A stretch of DNA of 64,000 nt. It comes from Candidatus Binatia bacterium (lineage in GTDB: Bacteria > Desulfobacterota > Binatia > UBA9968 > JAJDTQ01). Shown here one piece after another: positions 1 through 8,737 of this stretch. Location of the stretch: positions 3,040,001-3,104,000 of the forward strand of contig OY762897.2 of NCBI GenBank assembly GCA_963666515.2. The letters run 5' to 3'. Position numbers and translations under genes: made by a program. The first letter of the stretch is position 1, and every line of letters begins with the position of its first letter. Below the pieces are notes generated by a model that was not told the DNA's origin, did no database searches, and saw only the letters and a program-made list of their open reading frames with translations.

Positions 1-107
1 GCGAGTTCTTCCTGAGAAATCTGTTTCGTCCTTCTGTAGGCACGGATGTTGTCAGCAAGAATCCGGGTCAACTGTCGGCTGGGTTTGTTCAGCTGCTCGT
101 CGGCCAT
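1..107 (-). CDS. XRE-family HTH regulator, probable restriction-modification controller (C) protein; runs off the window edge
   Basis: Manual translation from ATG at 107 gives MADEQLNKPSRQLTRILADNIRAYRRTKQISQEELA..., an XRE/C-protein N-terminus. Not in the ORF track. A C-box pair lies upstream. Confidence 0.75.
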   Translation of the reverse strand, partial: MADEQLNKPSRQLTRILADNIRAYRRTKQISQEEL

Positions 108-147
108 ATGCCCCTCGCACGGAGATCAGGACACCTTCAGTGAACGC

Positions 148-174
148 GACTTTTAAGTCTACAGACTCTGAGTA
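148..174 (-). promoter_or_regulatory. Tandem C-box operator
   Basis: Minus strand reads TACT-cag-AGTC-tgta-GACT-taaa-AGTC, matching the GACT-N3-AGTC-TGTA-GACT-N3-AGTC layout of PvuII-type C-protein operators. Confidence 0.65.
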
Positions 175-295
175 GCACGCGGTTTCCTTCAGGAAGACTT
201 GGCCTGCGTCAGACGCCGTGAACACGTCGCTGCGTTGCGAGACTCTGGCGGGGCCTGCCGCGCACGGCGGCACGTCTTTGGGCGGGCGGGGCGAC

Positions 296-605
296 GCCGG
301 ATTCCTTGCGGCCGGTGCCATGCGCTGGTGACGGTGCTGAGCTACTCGCGATGTTGTGGCTGCGCTTCTACCGCCGGCAGACGATGGCGGTGCTGATAGA
401 AGGGCTGGAGAGCGCCTTCGAGTGGTTCGGCGGGATACCGCAGGAACTGTTGTTCAATCAGATGCGGACGATGGTGCTGTCGGAGGGCCGCGTGGGCGGG
501 GCGAGTTGGTGCTGAACGCGGACTTCCTGCGGTTCGCCGCCGACTGGGGGTTCCAGCCGCCAGGGGTGCCGGCCGTACCTTGCCCGGACCAAGGGCAAGG
601 TGGAG
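296..605 (+). pseudogene. istA: IS21-family transposase (IstA) fragment, frameshifted
   Basis: IstA core pieces spread over several frames: ..VTVLSYSR / MLWLRFYRRQT..GLESAFEWFGGIPQELLFNQMRT / LVLNADFLRFAADWGF / CRPYLARTKGKVE. No istB or IS ends recognised. Confidence 0.8.
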
Positions 606-708
606 TTCAACAGCACCGCGCCCGCCTAGTTGGCGTTCCGGACTGCTCGGAGAACCACAGTCCCTCGACCGCTCACCTATGGGCAGTTCCATGTAGAGAA
701 GTCATAGC

Positions 709-1824
709 TCAGGAAAACCTCTCCCGAAAAACAAATCGACTTGGAAGACGCGTCGCCAGGGTTGCACTTGCAACCTCGAATCCATGCCGACGCAGTCGCG
801 TAAACTCCACTTGCGTTAGGCGCCGCAGAGTGGTGGGGAAGGTGGCGGCCTTCTTCGTTTCCTCCGCACTCAGATGGTCTCCCGATGGCGCGGTACGTTC
901 GACCGCTGAATAGATTTGCTCGACCGTATTCCCCATCCTGAGGTATACCCCTGTGTCCACCGCGCGCACGAGCTCCGCAACAACCGCCCTTGAACGAAGA
1001 CCCCGGATCTGGTCCGTGGCGATATCGATCAGCCTATGTACGCGGTGCCCTGGCTTCTTCATGCGCCTGAGCGTGCGAGGAGAGAACTCCAACGGAGCCG
1101 AGGCGTCGCTCACGACCACCATGTCGAACCCATCACGGAACCCGCCGCTCGGCTTGAACAGGGGCTCTATCCCCAAGTTGTCGTAAACACCCCCATCCCA
1201 AAGCTCATACCGCTTGGCCGGCGTTGTTGTCGGCACCAACTCCCCACCTTCGTACCGATGCCACGCATAACGGCTCGATCGAACCACTAAGGGTCCAATC
1301 AGTCCCGGAACCGCGGCCGACGCTGCGATCGCATCTGTGATCGCCACATCGGGATTCCGGACGTAGCCGGTAAGGTAGTCACCCATACGCGACTGACCGA
1401 AGCGCCAGTTCTTGCCCGTTTCGTAGCAGGTTGCGTTGATAATCCACCGGGGCGTGGCCGGGAGTTGCTGCAACGATCCTTCAATCCCCCATTGCGCTTC
1501 CAACTGCTTGGCCAGGATCCGCGCTCGCCCGCGTGCCAAGCGCCACGGCAGCGCAAGCGACCGCCACACGTACGACCACTGCAAAGTCGTCGTAGTCAGA
1601 CGCTCGGTCACCTGAGGTAAGACTGTGTCGAGGAACTCTTTGCTACCTGGCCATCGATGACCATTGCGGCAAAGTATCAAACCCGTGACAAGACTCCCGC
1701 CAGATACAGTCGACACGAATGTTGTCTGCTCCAATAGTCCATCCAAGGCCAAGCGCTGCAAGACGCCGCAGTGGAAGACCGCGGCGCGCACACCACCTCC
1801 AGAGAGGGCAAGGGCGAGCCTCAT
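709..1824 (-). CDS. Patatin-like phospholipase (putative effector)
   Basis: SGGGVRA oxyanion motif, STVSGGS nucleophile elbow and DGGVYDN catalytic Asp motif. ATG at 1824 overlaps the upstream stop (ATGA). Confidence 0.9.
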   Translation of the reverse strand: MRLALALSGGGVRAAVFHCGVLQRLALDGLLEQTTFVSTVSGGSLVTGLILCRNGHRWPGSKEFLDTVLPQVTERLTTTTLQWSYVWRSLALPWRLARGRARILAKQLEAQWGIEGSLQQLPATPRWIINATCYETGKNWRFGQSRMGDYLTGYVRNPDVAITDAIAASAAVPGLIGPLVVRSSRYAWHRYEGGELVPTTTPAKRYELWDGGVYDNLGIEPLFKPSGGFRDGFDMVVVSDASAPLEFSPRTLRRMKKPGHRVHRLIDIATDQIRGLRSRAVVAELVRAVDTGVYLRMGNTVEQIYSAVERTAPSGDHLSAEETKKAATFPTTLRRLTQVEFTRLRRHGFEVASATLATRLPSRFVFRERFS

Positions 1825-4055
1825 CGATTCCATGCCGCTCGCGTGTAGAACGCGAAATTCCGGTCCGCGCCGACGATCATCACTACCCCGGGCCAGCCGT
1901 CGACACGCACTTCGTTCGCGACCGTTTGAAGCAGTTCTTCATCGTCGCTGCTCATGGCAACACCCGCGTTGTCTGGATGGGAGTGCCACTCGCCGACATA
2001 ACCCACCTGGCCTCCCGTCCGACCTTCGATGGCATCGAGCTGTTTGCGAAGATCCGCATACCCCCGGATAAACGCATCGCGGTGCTCCTCGCTGTCGGCC
2101 GGCGCCGGCAAGACATCCACCAAGTACACGTGGCGGTTCAGAACATCAAAGTAGCCAATCAGTACACCGCCCGTCTCCCTCGGCAGCTTCCCCCGTCGCA
2201 GGGAGACCACGCGGTCGAGGAGACCGCGGTCCAACACGAAGACCCAGCCGTCACATTCCCGACGAATGACTTCAAAAAGGGGAACTTCAACCCGCTGGAC
2301 TGTACCGTCCTGCTCCTGCTGCCAGATCGCGCCCATGGCCGCGTCGTGAGCAGTGCGAACCTGTCGCGCCAGCAGGGCACTCGCAAGGGCCACGTCGTCT
2401 TGGCCGATCCGCGCCGTTACGTCCCTGCAGCCGACGCTGTACCGGACATATCCCTCGCGCCTGATATGCCCTTCGAGCCGGGGATCAGTGAGGACCGCCC
2501 GATAGTATTGGGCCTCAAGCGTATCCAGAGTCCACGACCTCTCGGCATCCTCCATCAGCATGACCGCATCACGGCCGTCGGGACTCAAGAACAGGGTCGT
2601 GCGTCGAGCCGTAACGTCCAGCGTCCGGCCGAGAAAGCGCGCAGCCGCAATGGAGGTCGACACGTCGAGAATCAGGTCCGCATCACGGAAAGTCGAAAGC
2701 ATCCTCTCGTTGCCCTCGACCGACAACACGTCCTCGGCGAAAGCGTGCTCCACGGGATTGTGGGGGGTCGCAAAGCGGCTATAGCGTTCTAACGCAGGTG
2801 CCTTCAGTTGACCGACTGCAAACTCACCGAGACGGTGCCGCACAACGTTGTGTGGTGAGAGAGTGTCTTCATCGACAATTGTCCAATGTCCCCACCCCAT
2901 TCGCGATAAGTGGTCGTGCAACTGGGAGCCAAGCGCGCCTGCGCCGACCAACACAACCTTCGGATCGGCTAGGCCCGGTTCCATTCCGCTGAAGTATTTC
3001 GCGGCCCCGCGGTCGAGGGCTCGTTCCGGGCGCAGGACATCGACGGGCACTGCACGAGCCCGTTCCGGATCGAACTGCGACCCCAAGAGCCAGCCCAATT
3101 GCTCGTGGGGACCAGAGGAAGCAAAGCCACCTGTGGCAATTGCAGCATCTCGGATCGACTGCATGGCGAACGCGCAATACTGCACCTGCTCGATCGGACC
3201 GCGCGACTGGCGCTTCCGAGGTAACTTCGCCAAAACAATGAGACCATCCCCATCCCGTGGAACACGCTCCCCGTCGTACAGTCGCTTCAGTTCTTCCACC
3301 AGCACATCCACGAGGGCAATCCCAGCGTGAGCCAAGAGGCCCACTAGGTCCTTCAGGTTCTACGGACTGTCGTGTATCGCACCGTGTACAGTCGGCTGGC
3401 CCACCACCACCACCACATACATACGGTTCGCTTCCGATGGTTGGTTCTCGTCGGCGGCCTCCAGTTTAAACGTAACGGGTCTGTCTGGCCGTTCAGCGAC
3501 GCCGGTCGCCACGTATAGCCTTGGCGGCGAGTCCTCGGCGAACACGGCCTCCGGAAAGACCACAACGTCCAGACCGCTCAGGAGAAAGGGTTCCAGGGGC
3601 TGGTCAGCGCCGTGCAACTCCCCGACAGCCGTGCGCGAGAGCCACTGTGCAATGTCGCGGAGAAATCCAGCGCCGCTCCAACGAAGGCGAACCTCGGCCC
3701 ACGGGTCTTCGTAGAGGCACAGCCACCTGGGTTCCCCCGTAGGAGTGCTGTACAAGTGCGGCACATGCGGAAAATCGATCCGAAGCGCGAGGACCCTAGG
3801 GCAACGTCGGTCGCCACGCTCGAAACCGAGCGCCAACCGCTCTTGCGAGCGGATATCGTGGACAAGGTCTTGAGGAAGCTCCGGTGCGATTTCGACCACG
3901 AGAACCTCTTCGTACCGATCCCCCGACGCCCACTGCCTTGTTTCGATCAAGCGGGTGCACGGACTCCAAGCCAACGCTTCGCGCACTTCCTGAGCACGGT
4001 CCAGCACAAGTGCCTCCGGTTCCATTGAATCACCGGGGGCTGGGAACCAAGTCAT
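1821..4055 (-). CDS. Prokaryotic E2 - E1/ThiF - JAB triple fusion (744 codons) interrupted by one in-frame TAG at 3360-3362
   Basis: E2: FPHVPHLY..WLCLYEDPW. ThiF: VLVGAGALGS, NVVRH, candidate catalytic Cys in SVGCRDVT. JAB: ETGG..YVGEWHSHP..SSDD. ORFs 3360..4055 and 1821..3344 share a frame and join as HDSP*NLKDLVGLL. Confidence 0.85.
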
Positions 4056-5170
4056 CTCCTGCTGCCAGCCCTGGGGGCGCGGCTACTCGTTACGGCCGAC
4101 ACCCCCACCGCTCCAGCCTGCATGAGAGTCACGCCACGGGCACCGACACTGATTTCGAGAACTTTCGGCCGTTGCGTGCTGAGGTGTTCCATCGTCACCG
4201 CGAATTTCCGGCCCTGATTGTCCACAATAGCCTTCCTGTACGTCGCTGCGGCCTGCCGGTGGGGCGGGTCGTTCGTGTCTTCTCTGGGAATGGGATCCGA
4301 CGAGGACACTGCAATACCGCCCTGCTGGCACTGATTGAGCAGCCACTTCACGTTCGCCACCGGCTTGGTGTAGTCCTTGCCTTTCTCGGGGCCGAGGGCA
4401 AGGTAACTACAGTGGTGCGGCACGTTGTAGAGGTCCCACCGCAGTCGAATGTCGCGGCTCCGGGCACGCGTGATATCAACAATCTCCTCAAGAATCTCCC
4501 ACGAGGAATCGCCCACCATCAGGTACCGCGTCTTGCGACCCGAGACGTCGAAGGTTGCGTGCAGGATGAGGGCGCTCTCGTTCCGTAGCACGGTGCCGCC
4601 GTCGGCGTGCTTCGCGAAGGGCGAATGCACGAAGAACTCGACACCATCACGCTCGCAAGTAAACCCGGGAACGAGCCGGCCCGCATCGGTGATCAAATGA
4701 CGTCGCTGCTCCAACGAAAGACCTTCGGACTCGAGCCAGTCGGCGAGCTTCGACGGTTTCGAGAAGACACGGATTCCCTTGCCCTCCTTGAGTCGGTGCC
4801 GTGCCTCGCTGCGCCACACGGCCGCTTCGCCGGTAAGGCCCTTCTCGAGGATGGCTGCAGCGGGTACCCACAGTTCCCCGATCCGCTTCCGCCACGCGCT
4901 CTGGTACTTCTTCGCGTGTTCCAAGAAGAAAAACTCGGTGCTGTTCGCGATGTGGTCATCGTCGAGGTGCGTGAGCGCGACGACATCGAATCCAGTCCGC
5001 TTCGCGGCTGTGAGCTCATCGCTGAGCGCCTTATGAAGGTCGATCCGCGGATCGTCCTTGTCTTCGGCCTTGCGCCGGTGGCAGTAGTCGAAGAGAAGCC
5101 GCTTCTGGTTCGCCAAAATGATCTGGCTACAGTCGCCGTTTCCAACGGGATAGAACTTGACCTTGACCAT
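4052..5170 (-). CDS. Metallo-beta-lactamase-fold (ComEC-like) hydrolase with a Gly-containing C-terminal tail
   Basis: FYPVGNGDC, THLDDDH, VGDS and VPHHCS motifs; ends SSRAPRAGSRR. GGAGG RBS about 10 nt before ATG 5170. Stop overlaps the E2 start (ATGA). Confidence 0.88.
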   Translation of the reverse strand: MVKVKFYPVGNGDCSQIILANQKRLLFDYCHRRKAEDKDDPRIDLHKALSDELTAAKRTGFDVVALTHLDDDHIANSTEFFFLEHAKKYQSAWRKRIGELWVPAAAILEKGLTGEAAVWRSEARHRLKEGKGIRVFSKPSKLADWLESEGLSLEQRRHLITDAGRLVPGFTCERDGVEFFVHSPFAKHADGGTVLRNESALILHATFDVSGRKTRYLMVGDSSWEILEEIVDITRARSRDIRLRWDLYNVPHHCSYLALGPEKGKDYTKPVANVKWLLNQCQQGGIAVSSSDPIPREDTNDPPHRQAAATYRKAIVDNQGRKFAVTMEHLSTQRPKVLEISVGARGVTLMQAGAVGVSAVTSSRAPRAGSRR

Positions 5171-5254
5171 AGTTTTCAATCCTCCGTTCCGAGTGTTTCA
5201 CTGCGTGCCAGTCTTGACCGACACCGCCGAACCTGACAAACTGCGTCTCACTTC

Positions 5255-5278
5255 TGAAACATAACGCAGGCTGTTTCA
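5255..5278. promoter_or_regulatory. Inverted-repeat operator in the divergent promoter region
   Basis: TGAAACA-N10-TGTTTCA perfect 7-bp inverted repeat, plus an extra TGTTTCA half-site near 5194-5200. Confidence 0.55.
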
Positions 5279-5316
5279 TATGTCAAACACTTCGAATCAC
5301 CGAGGGAGGATCGCCC

Positions 5317-5658
5317 ATGCGGACATCAAATTCGCTCGAATCGCTCGGCTCGCTGGTCTCGGAGAAGCGCGGGAAGGTCGGCGTGAGAGCAACGGCAGCC
5401 GCGATCGGGATCTCGCCGGCCACGCTGTCCCGGGTGGAGAACGGACACCTTCCGGACCTCGCCAATTTTCAGAAGATTTGCCAGTGGCTGCAGATTGATC
5501 CTGCGACCGTCCTGAATGTCGACACCGAATCAATGAACCGACCATTGGTCGCGGTCCACTTCCGCGGATCCAGCACAATGGCCCCTGCGACCAGTTCCGC
5601 ACTCGCGGAGATGATCCAGGCCGCTCACGATGCGCTGATCGCACAAGAAGCCAAGTGA
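5317..5658 (+). CDS. XRE HTH repressor (CapH/ImmR-like)
   Basis: GVRATAAAIGISPATLSRVENGHLPD helix-turn-helix; GGGAGG RBS; immediately followed by a HExxH peptidase. Confidence 0.88.
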   Translation: MRTSNSLESLGSLVSEKRGKVGVRATAAAIGISPATLSRVENGHLPDLANFQKICQWLQIDPATVLNVDTESMNRPLVAVHFRGSSTMAPATSSALAEMIQAAHDALIAQEAK

Positions 5659-5662
5659 TTCA

Positions 5663-6244
5663 ATGCGGCGCGGTTTCAAGTCATGGTGCGAAAACACCGC
5701 TGCCGAGTATAGGTTGCACTTGGGGCTGAGCGGAGACGCCCCGCTTGATCCTCGTGCCCTTGCTGACTACCTCGGGGTCCAGGTCTGGACGCCACGCGAC
5801 GTAACCGGACTCTCGGACGAGAGCATCAAGCAGCTGACGGAAATCGATCCCAGTAGCTGGTCCGCCGTGACGATCGCCTCGAACGGCCAATACCTCGTGA
5901 TCCTCAACTCCGCGCATGCACGTACCCGGCAGCAAAGCAGCCTTGCGCACGAACTCGCCCACCTCATATTGAACCATCGTCCCGCTCGTACCACCGTCTC
6001 TGACGAGGGGTACTTATTCAGTGACCGCTATGACGCGGAGCAGGAAGAGGAGGCCAACTGGCTCGCTGGTGCGCTACTGCTGCCGAGGGAAGGGTTGTTA
6101 GACGTCTATCGACGAACGCGGTCATCAGCGGTGATCGCGAAGGAATTTGGGGTCAGCACCAAGCTGGTCGACTGGCGCCTGCGCATGACGGGCATTCTCA
6201 TGCAGGTTAAACGCGGCGCTCAGTGGCGCCGGCGTACTGGTTGA
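5663..6244 (+). CDS. ImmA/IrrE-family Zn metallopeptidase (CapP-like)
   Basis: RQQSSLAHELAH (HExxH), EEEANWLAGALLLP and a C-terminal HTH-like segment. Confidence 0.9.
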   Translation: MRRGFKSWCENTAAEYRLHLGLSGDAPLDPRALADYLGVQVWTPRDVTGLSDESIKQLTEIDPSSWSAVTIASNGQYLVILNSAHARTRQQSSLAHELAHLILNHRPARTTVSDEGYLFSDRYDAEQEEEANWLAGALLLPREGLLDVYRRTRSSAVIAKEFGVSTKLVDWRLRMTGILMQVKRGAQWRRRTG

Positions 6245-6536
6245 ACATACAGCCCCCGCCTTGCCATCCGTGGTAGTCCAGGATATCGACGTCATCCGCT
6301 CGGCGATACCGCCATTCCTGGTGCCCCCGGCGGATGGCATCCCGGCACGCATCGCTTATCCTCGCTTCGAATTGTCCCCAGGCCAGGACAAAGTATGCTT
6401 GTTCGTTGAGCCTCTGTTGGCGTGCGACGCTGTCGCGATCCTCGGTCTCACTGGCAGCATCGTACCGGTCGCGTAAGCCTTCAAGATAGTTGTCGACCTG
6501 TTGGTACAGGGCTGCGATGGCACCGAGGTCGCTCAT
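6207..6536 (-). CDS. Hypothetical protein, possibly a truncated HEPN-like protein
   Basis: ATG 6536 overlaps the upstream stop (ATGA). Helix AYFVLAWGQFEARI resembles HEPN N-terminal helices. The 3' part overlaps the peptidase gene and looks junctional. Confidence 0.4.
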   Translation of the reverse strand: MSDLGAIAALYQQVDNYLEGLRDRYDAASETEDRDSVARQQRLNEQAYFVLAWGQFEARISDACRDAIRRGHQEWRYRRADDVDILDYHGWQGGGCMFNQYAGATERRV

Positions 6537-6970
6537 CGAAGGACGCGCCTCAACCAGTCTTCGGTGACCGCCTCCCGGTCGCATCGCCGTTCGGCAGGAG
6601 CCACCTGCCAATCCGGCGCTTCGAAATTCTCCGACATGTCGACGATGAGGTAGCGCCGACCGTCCCGCTTCAGATCGATACGGCCATTGCCGCCGATGAT
6701 CCATAGCCCACGCGGCTCCAGTCTGGCCGCGTCGTCTCCCTGCCCAAGCAGCATGAGCGTCGGAATCTCTATTCGTTCAACGCCGAACTTCCGCATGAGC
6801 TCTTCTTGCATGAGTATGGGCTCACCCTCGCAGGTTCGCCAACCGTCCGGCAACCAGCCGCCGATCGTGGCGTAGAGGTCTTTCACGCGCCTCGCCCAGT
6901 CATCCACGCGTCGCTTGATGTGCTCCGCGTCAATTGTTTCGCTTGTAACGTCTTCGAGAACCGTCCCCAT
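6533..6970 (-). CDS. Hypothetical protein
   Basis: 145-aa ORF with globular composition (IIGGNGRIDL), coupled to the downstream ORF. Confidence 0.65.
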   Translation of the reverse strand: MGTVLEDVTSETIDAEHIKRRVDDWARRVKDLYATIGGWLPDGWRTCEGEPILMQEELMRKFGVERIEIPTLMLLGQGDDAARLEPRGLWIIGGNGRIDLKRDGRRYLIVDMSENFEAPDWQVAPAERRCDREAVTEDWLRRVLR

Positions 6971-6995
6971 CGAACCGTTCCCCCTTCCCGTTTGG

Positions 6996-8360
6996 TCAGG
7001 ATGTCTCCGAGCAGTTCAGAACTTCACAAAGTTCCCGAATGCTTTCCAGGCCATCCAGCCCGCCAATGAGGTCGGCGACTTGCCGGCTCCGCTTCAGGTC
7101 CAGCGCCCTGGCGGCGCAGGCATCGAACTTCTCGCGCAGTTCCGCCGGGGTCAGGGGCTTTTCGGGCCGGCCCCGTGAGTGGTCCACCCGTCGGCGCAGT
7201 TCGCCGCCGTCCTTGAGACGGACCGTCACGTCGGCGGGACGGGCGCCGTCCGCGGTTTCCACGAGGCCGGTATCCAGCTCCATGACGATGGTTTCCGCGA
7301 TGCGCCGGACCGCGGGGTCCGCCGCGGCCTCGTCCGTGAACGTATCCAGCACCAGCGCCCCGTCCACGAGCGCCCTCGCCAGGATGTAGGGCATGCTGAA
7401 CTTGGACTCTATGCCGTTGGCCGGCAGCGCGTTCATGATCCGGTCGAAGACCTGCGAGGTCACCCCCACCCGCATGGAATCCACCTGGTCCGGCCGAAGA
7501 CCTTCCTGACGCAGCTCCAGCACGGCGTCCACGGCGGAGTGGGTCAGGCCGCCGCAGGGATACGGCTTGACGCTGACCCCGATGGCCGTCAAGTCGAAGG
7601 TGCTGCCGAGGTCCTCGAACGGCGTCGCGTCGCATTCGAGCCCGCGGCCGAAGCAGTCGAACAGCCCCTTCCCTTCCTCCAGCGCCGCCGGACTGGAAGT
7701 GAAGCCTTGTGCGGCCAGGCGCGCCGCCACCACCCCGTTCTGGGCCGCCAGGCCCGAGTGCAGCGGCTTGGTCATGGTGGCGAAGTTCCACACCATGCCC
7801 GATGCCATCGAAGCGGCGATGCCCAGAGCGTTGCGGGTGGCGCCGGCGTCAAGACCCGCCAGCCGTGCGCAGCAGGCCGCGGCGCCCACCGTTCCGAAGC
7901 TCGATGTCGCGTGCCAGTGGCCATGAGTGGAGAGCTGCGGCATGGAACGGGCCAGCCGGGAAACCACCTCGAAGCCGGCCACGTAGGCGGCGAGGACGTT
8001 CCTGCCGCTTGCGCCTGTCGCTTCTCCCATGGTCAGCACCGCCGGGATCAGGCCGGCGGTGGGTTGACCCATGAGATAGCTGTGATCGAAGTCCAAGGCG
8101 TGGGCCGAGGTGCCGTTGCACAGCGCCGCCAACGTGGTCGAGGTCTTGAATCCCTGTCCGATGACCGTGGCCTCCGCGGCTCGGGATTCCTGCTGCGCCA
8201 GCGCGGCGCAGATCCGTGCGCTGTCCTCGTCCGAGCCCGCCAGCGCGACGCCGACGCAGTCGAGGACCGCCGCCTTGGCGGCCTCGACCACATCCGGCGG
8301 GAGCTTGTCGAAGTCGTTGCCGACGACGAATTCCGAAACCTTCTCTGCAAGCCCTGCCAT
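6996..8360 (-). CDS. MmgE/PrpD family protein
   Basis: NGTSAHALDFD, GHWHATS, TKPLHSG, KPYPCGGLTH and KFSMPY motifs; AAAGGA RBS. Confidence 0.92.
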   Translation of the reverse strand: MAGLAEKVSEFVVGNDFDKLPPDVVEAAKAAVLDCVGVALAGSDEDSARICAALAQQESRAAEATVIGQGFKTSTTLAALCNGTSAHALDFDHSYLMGQPTAGLIPAVLTMGEATGASGRNVLAAYVAGFEVVSRLARSMPQLSTHGHWHATSSFGTVGAAACCARLAGLDAGATRNALGIAASMASGMVWNFATMTKPLHSGLAAQNGVVAARLAAQGFTSSPAALEEGKGLFDCFGRGLECDATPFEDLGSTFDLTAIGVSVKPYPCGGLTHSAVDAVLELRQEGLRPDQVDSMRVGVTSQVFDRIMNALPANGIESKFSMPYILARALVDGALVLDTFTDEAAADPAVRRIAETIVMELDTGLVETADGARPADVTVRLKDGGELRRRVDHSRGRPEKPLTPAELREKFDACAARALDLKRSRQVADLIGGLDGLESIRELCEVLNCSETS

Positions 8361-8410
8361 AGAGTGTTCCTTTCAAAGTGCGGCGGCCGGCAGGTCCGCG
8401 AATGCCGTCG

Positions 8411-8704
8411 TCACAGCCAACCGAGGAACCGGAACAGACCGGGGCGGTCGGCGAACTCGTCGATGGGGAGACGTTCCAGGTAGAGAATCCCATCGGCGGT
8501 TACGGGAGGGACCTGGGATCGCACCGCGTAGGATCCGCCGGCTTCGGTGAGGCGAAAGCCGTCGTTGGCGAGGTCCACCAGCCCATCCGCCGATAGCGCA
8601 TCGAGGATGGCACGGTCCGCCTCATCGAAGCGCATCTCGATGTCCCCTGCCCTGAACGCGCGCACCAAGCCCGCCAGCAATGTCACCGCCTTGGGATCTT
8701 CCAT
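8411..8704 (-). CDS. Small hypothetical protein (possible winged-helix-like fold)
   Basis: 97-aa ORF downstream of the SPFH gene, same strand; L..DGLV....FRLTEAG pattern. Confidence 0.5.
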   Translation of the reverse strand: MEDPKAVTLLAGLVRAFRAGDIEMRFDEADRAILDALSADGLVDLANDGFRLTEAGGSYAVRSQVPPVTADGILYLERLPIDEFADRPGLFRFLGWL

Positions 8705-8737
8705 CGCGGCCCTGGCCTCATGGAGTCACCAGGGCGC

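Noticed and set aside
3360-3362. Pyrrolysine recoding of the in-frame TAG
   Set aside because: No pyl genes in the window, TAG ends many genes here normally, and the site is a non-catalytic linker. A nonsense mutation is more parsimonious.
709-6244. Calling the defence operon a canonical type II CBASS
   Set aside because: No CD-NTase motifs are present; the first gene is an MBL-fold protein.
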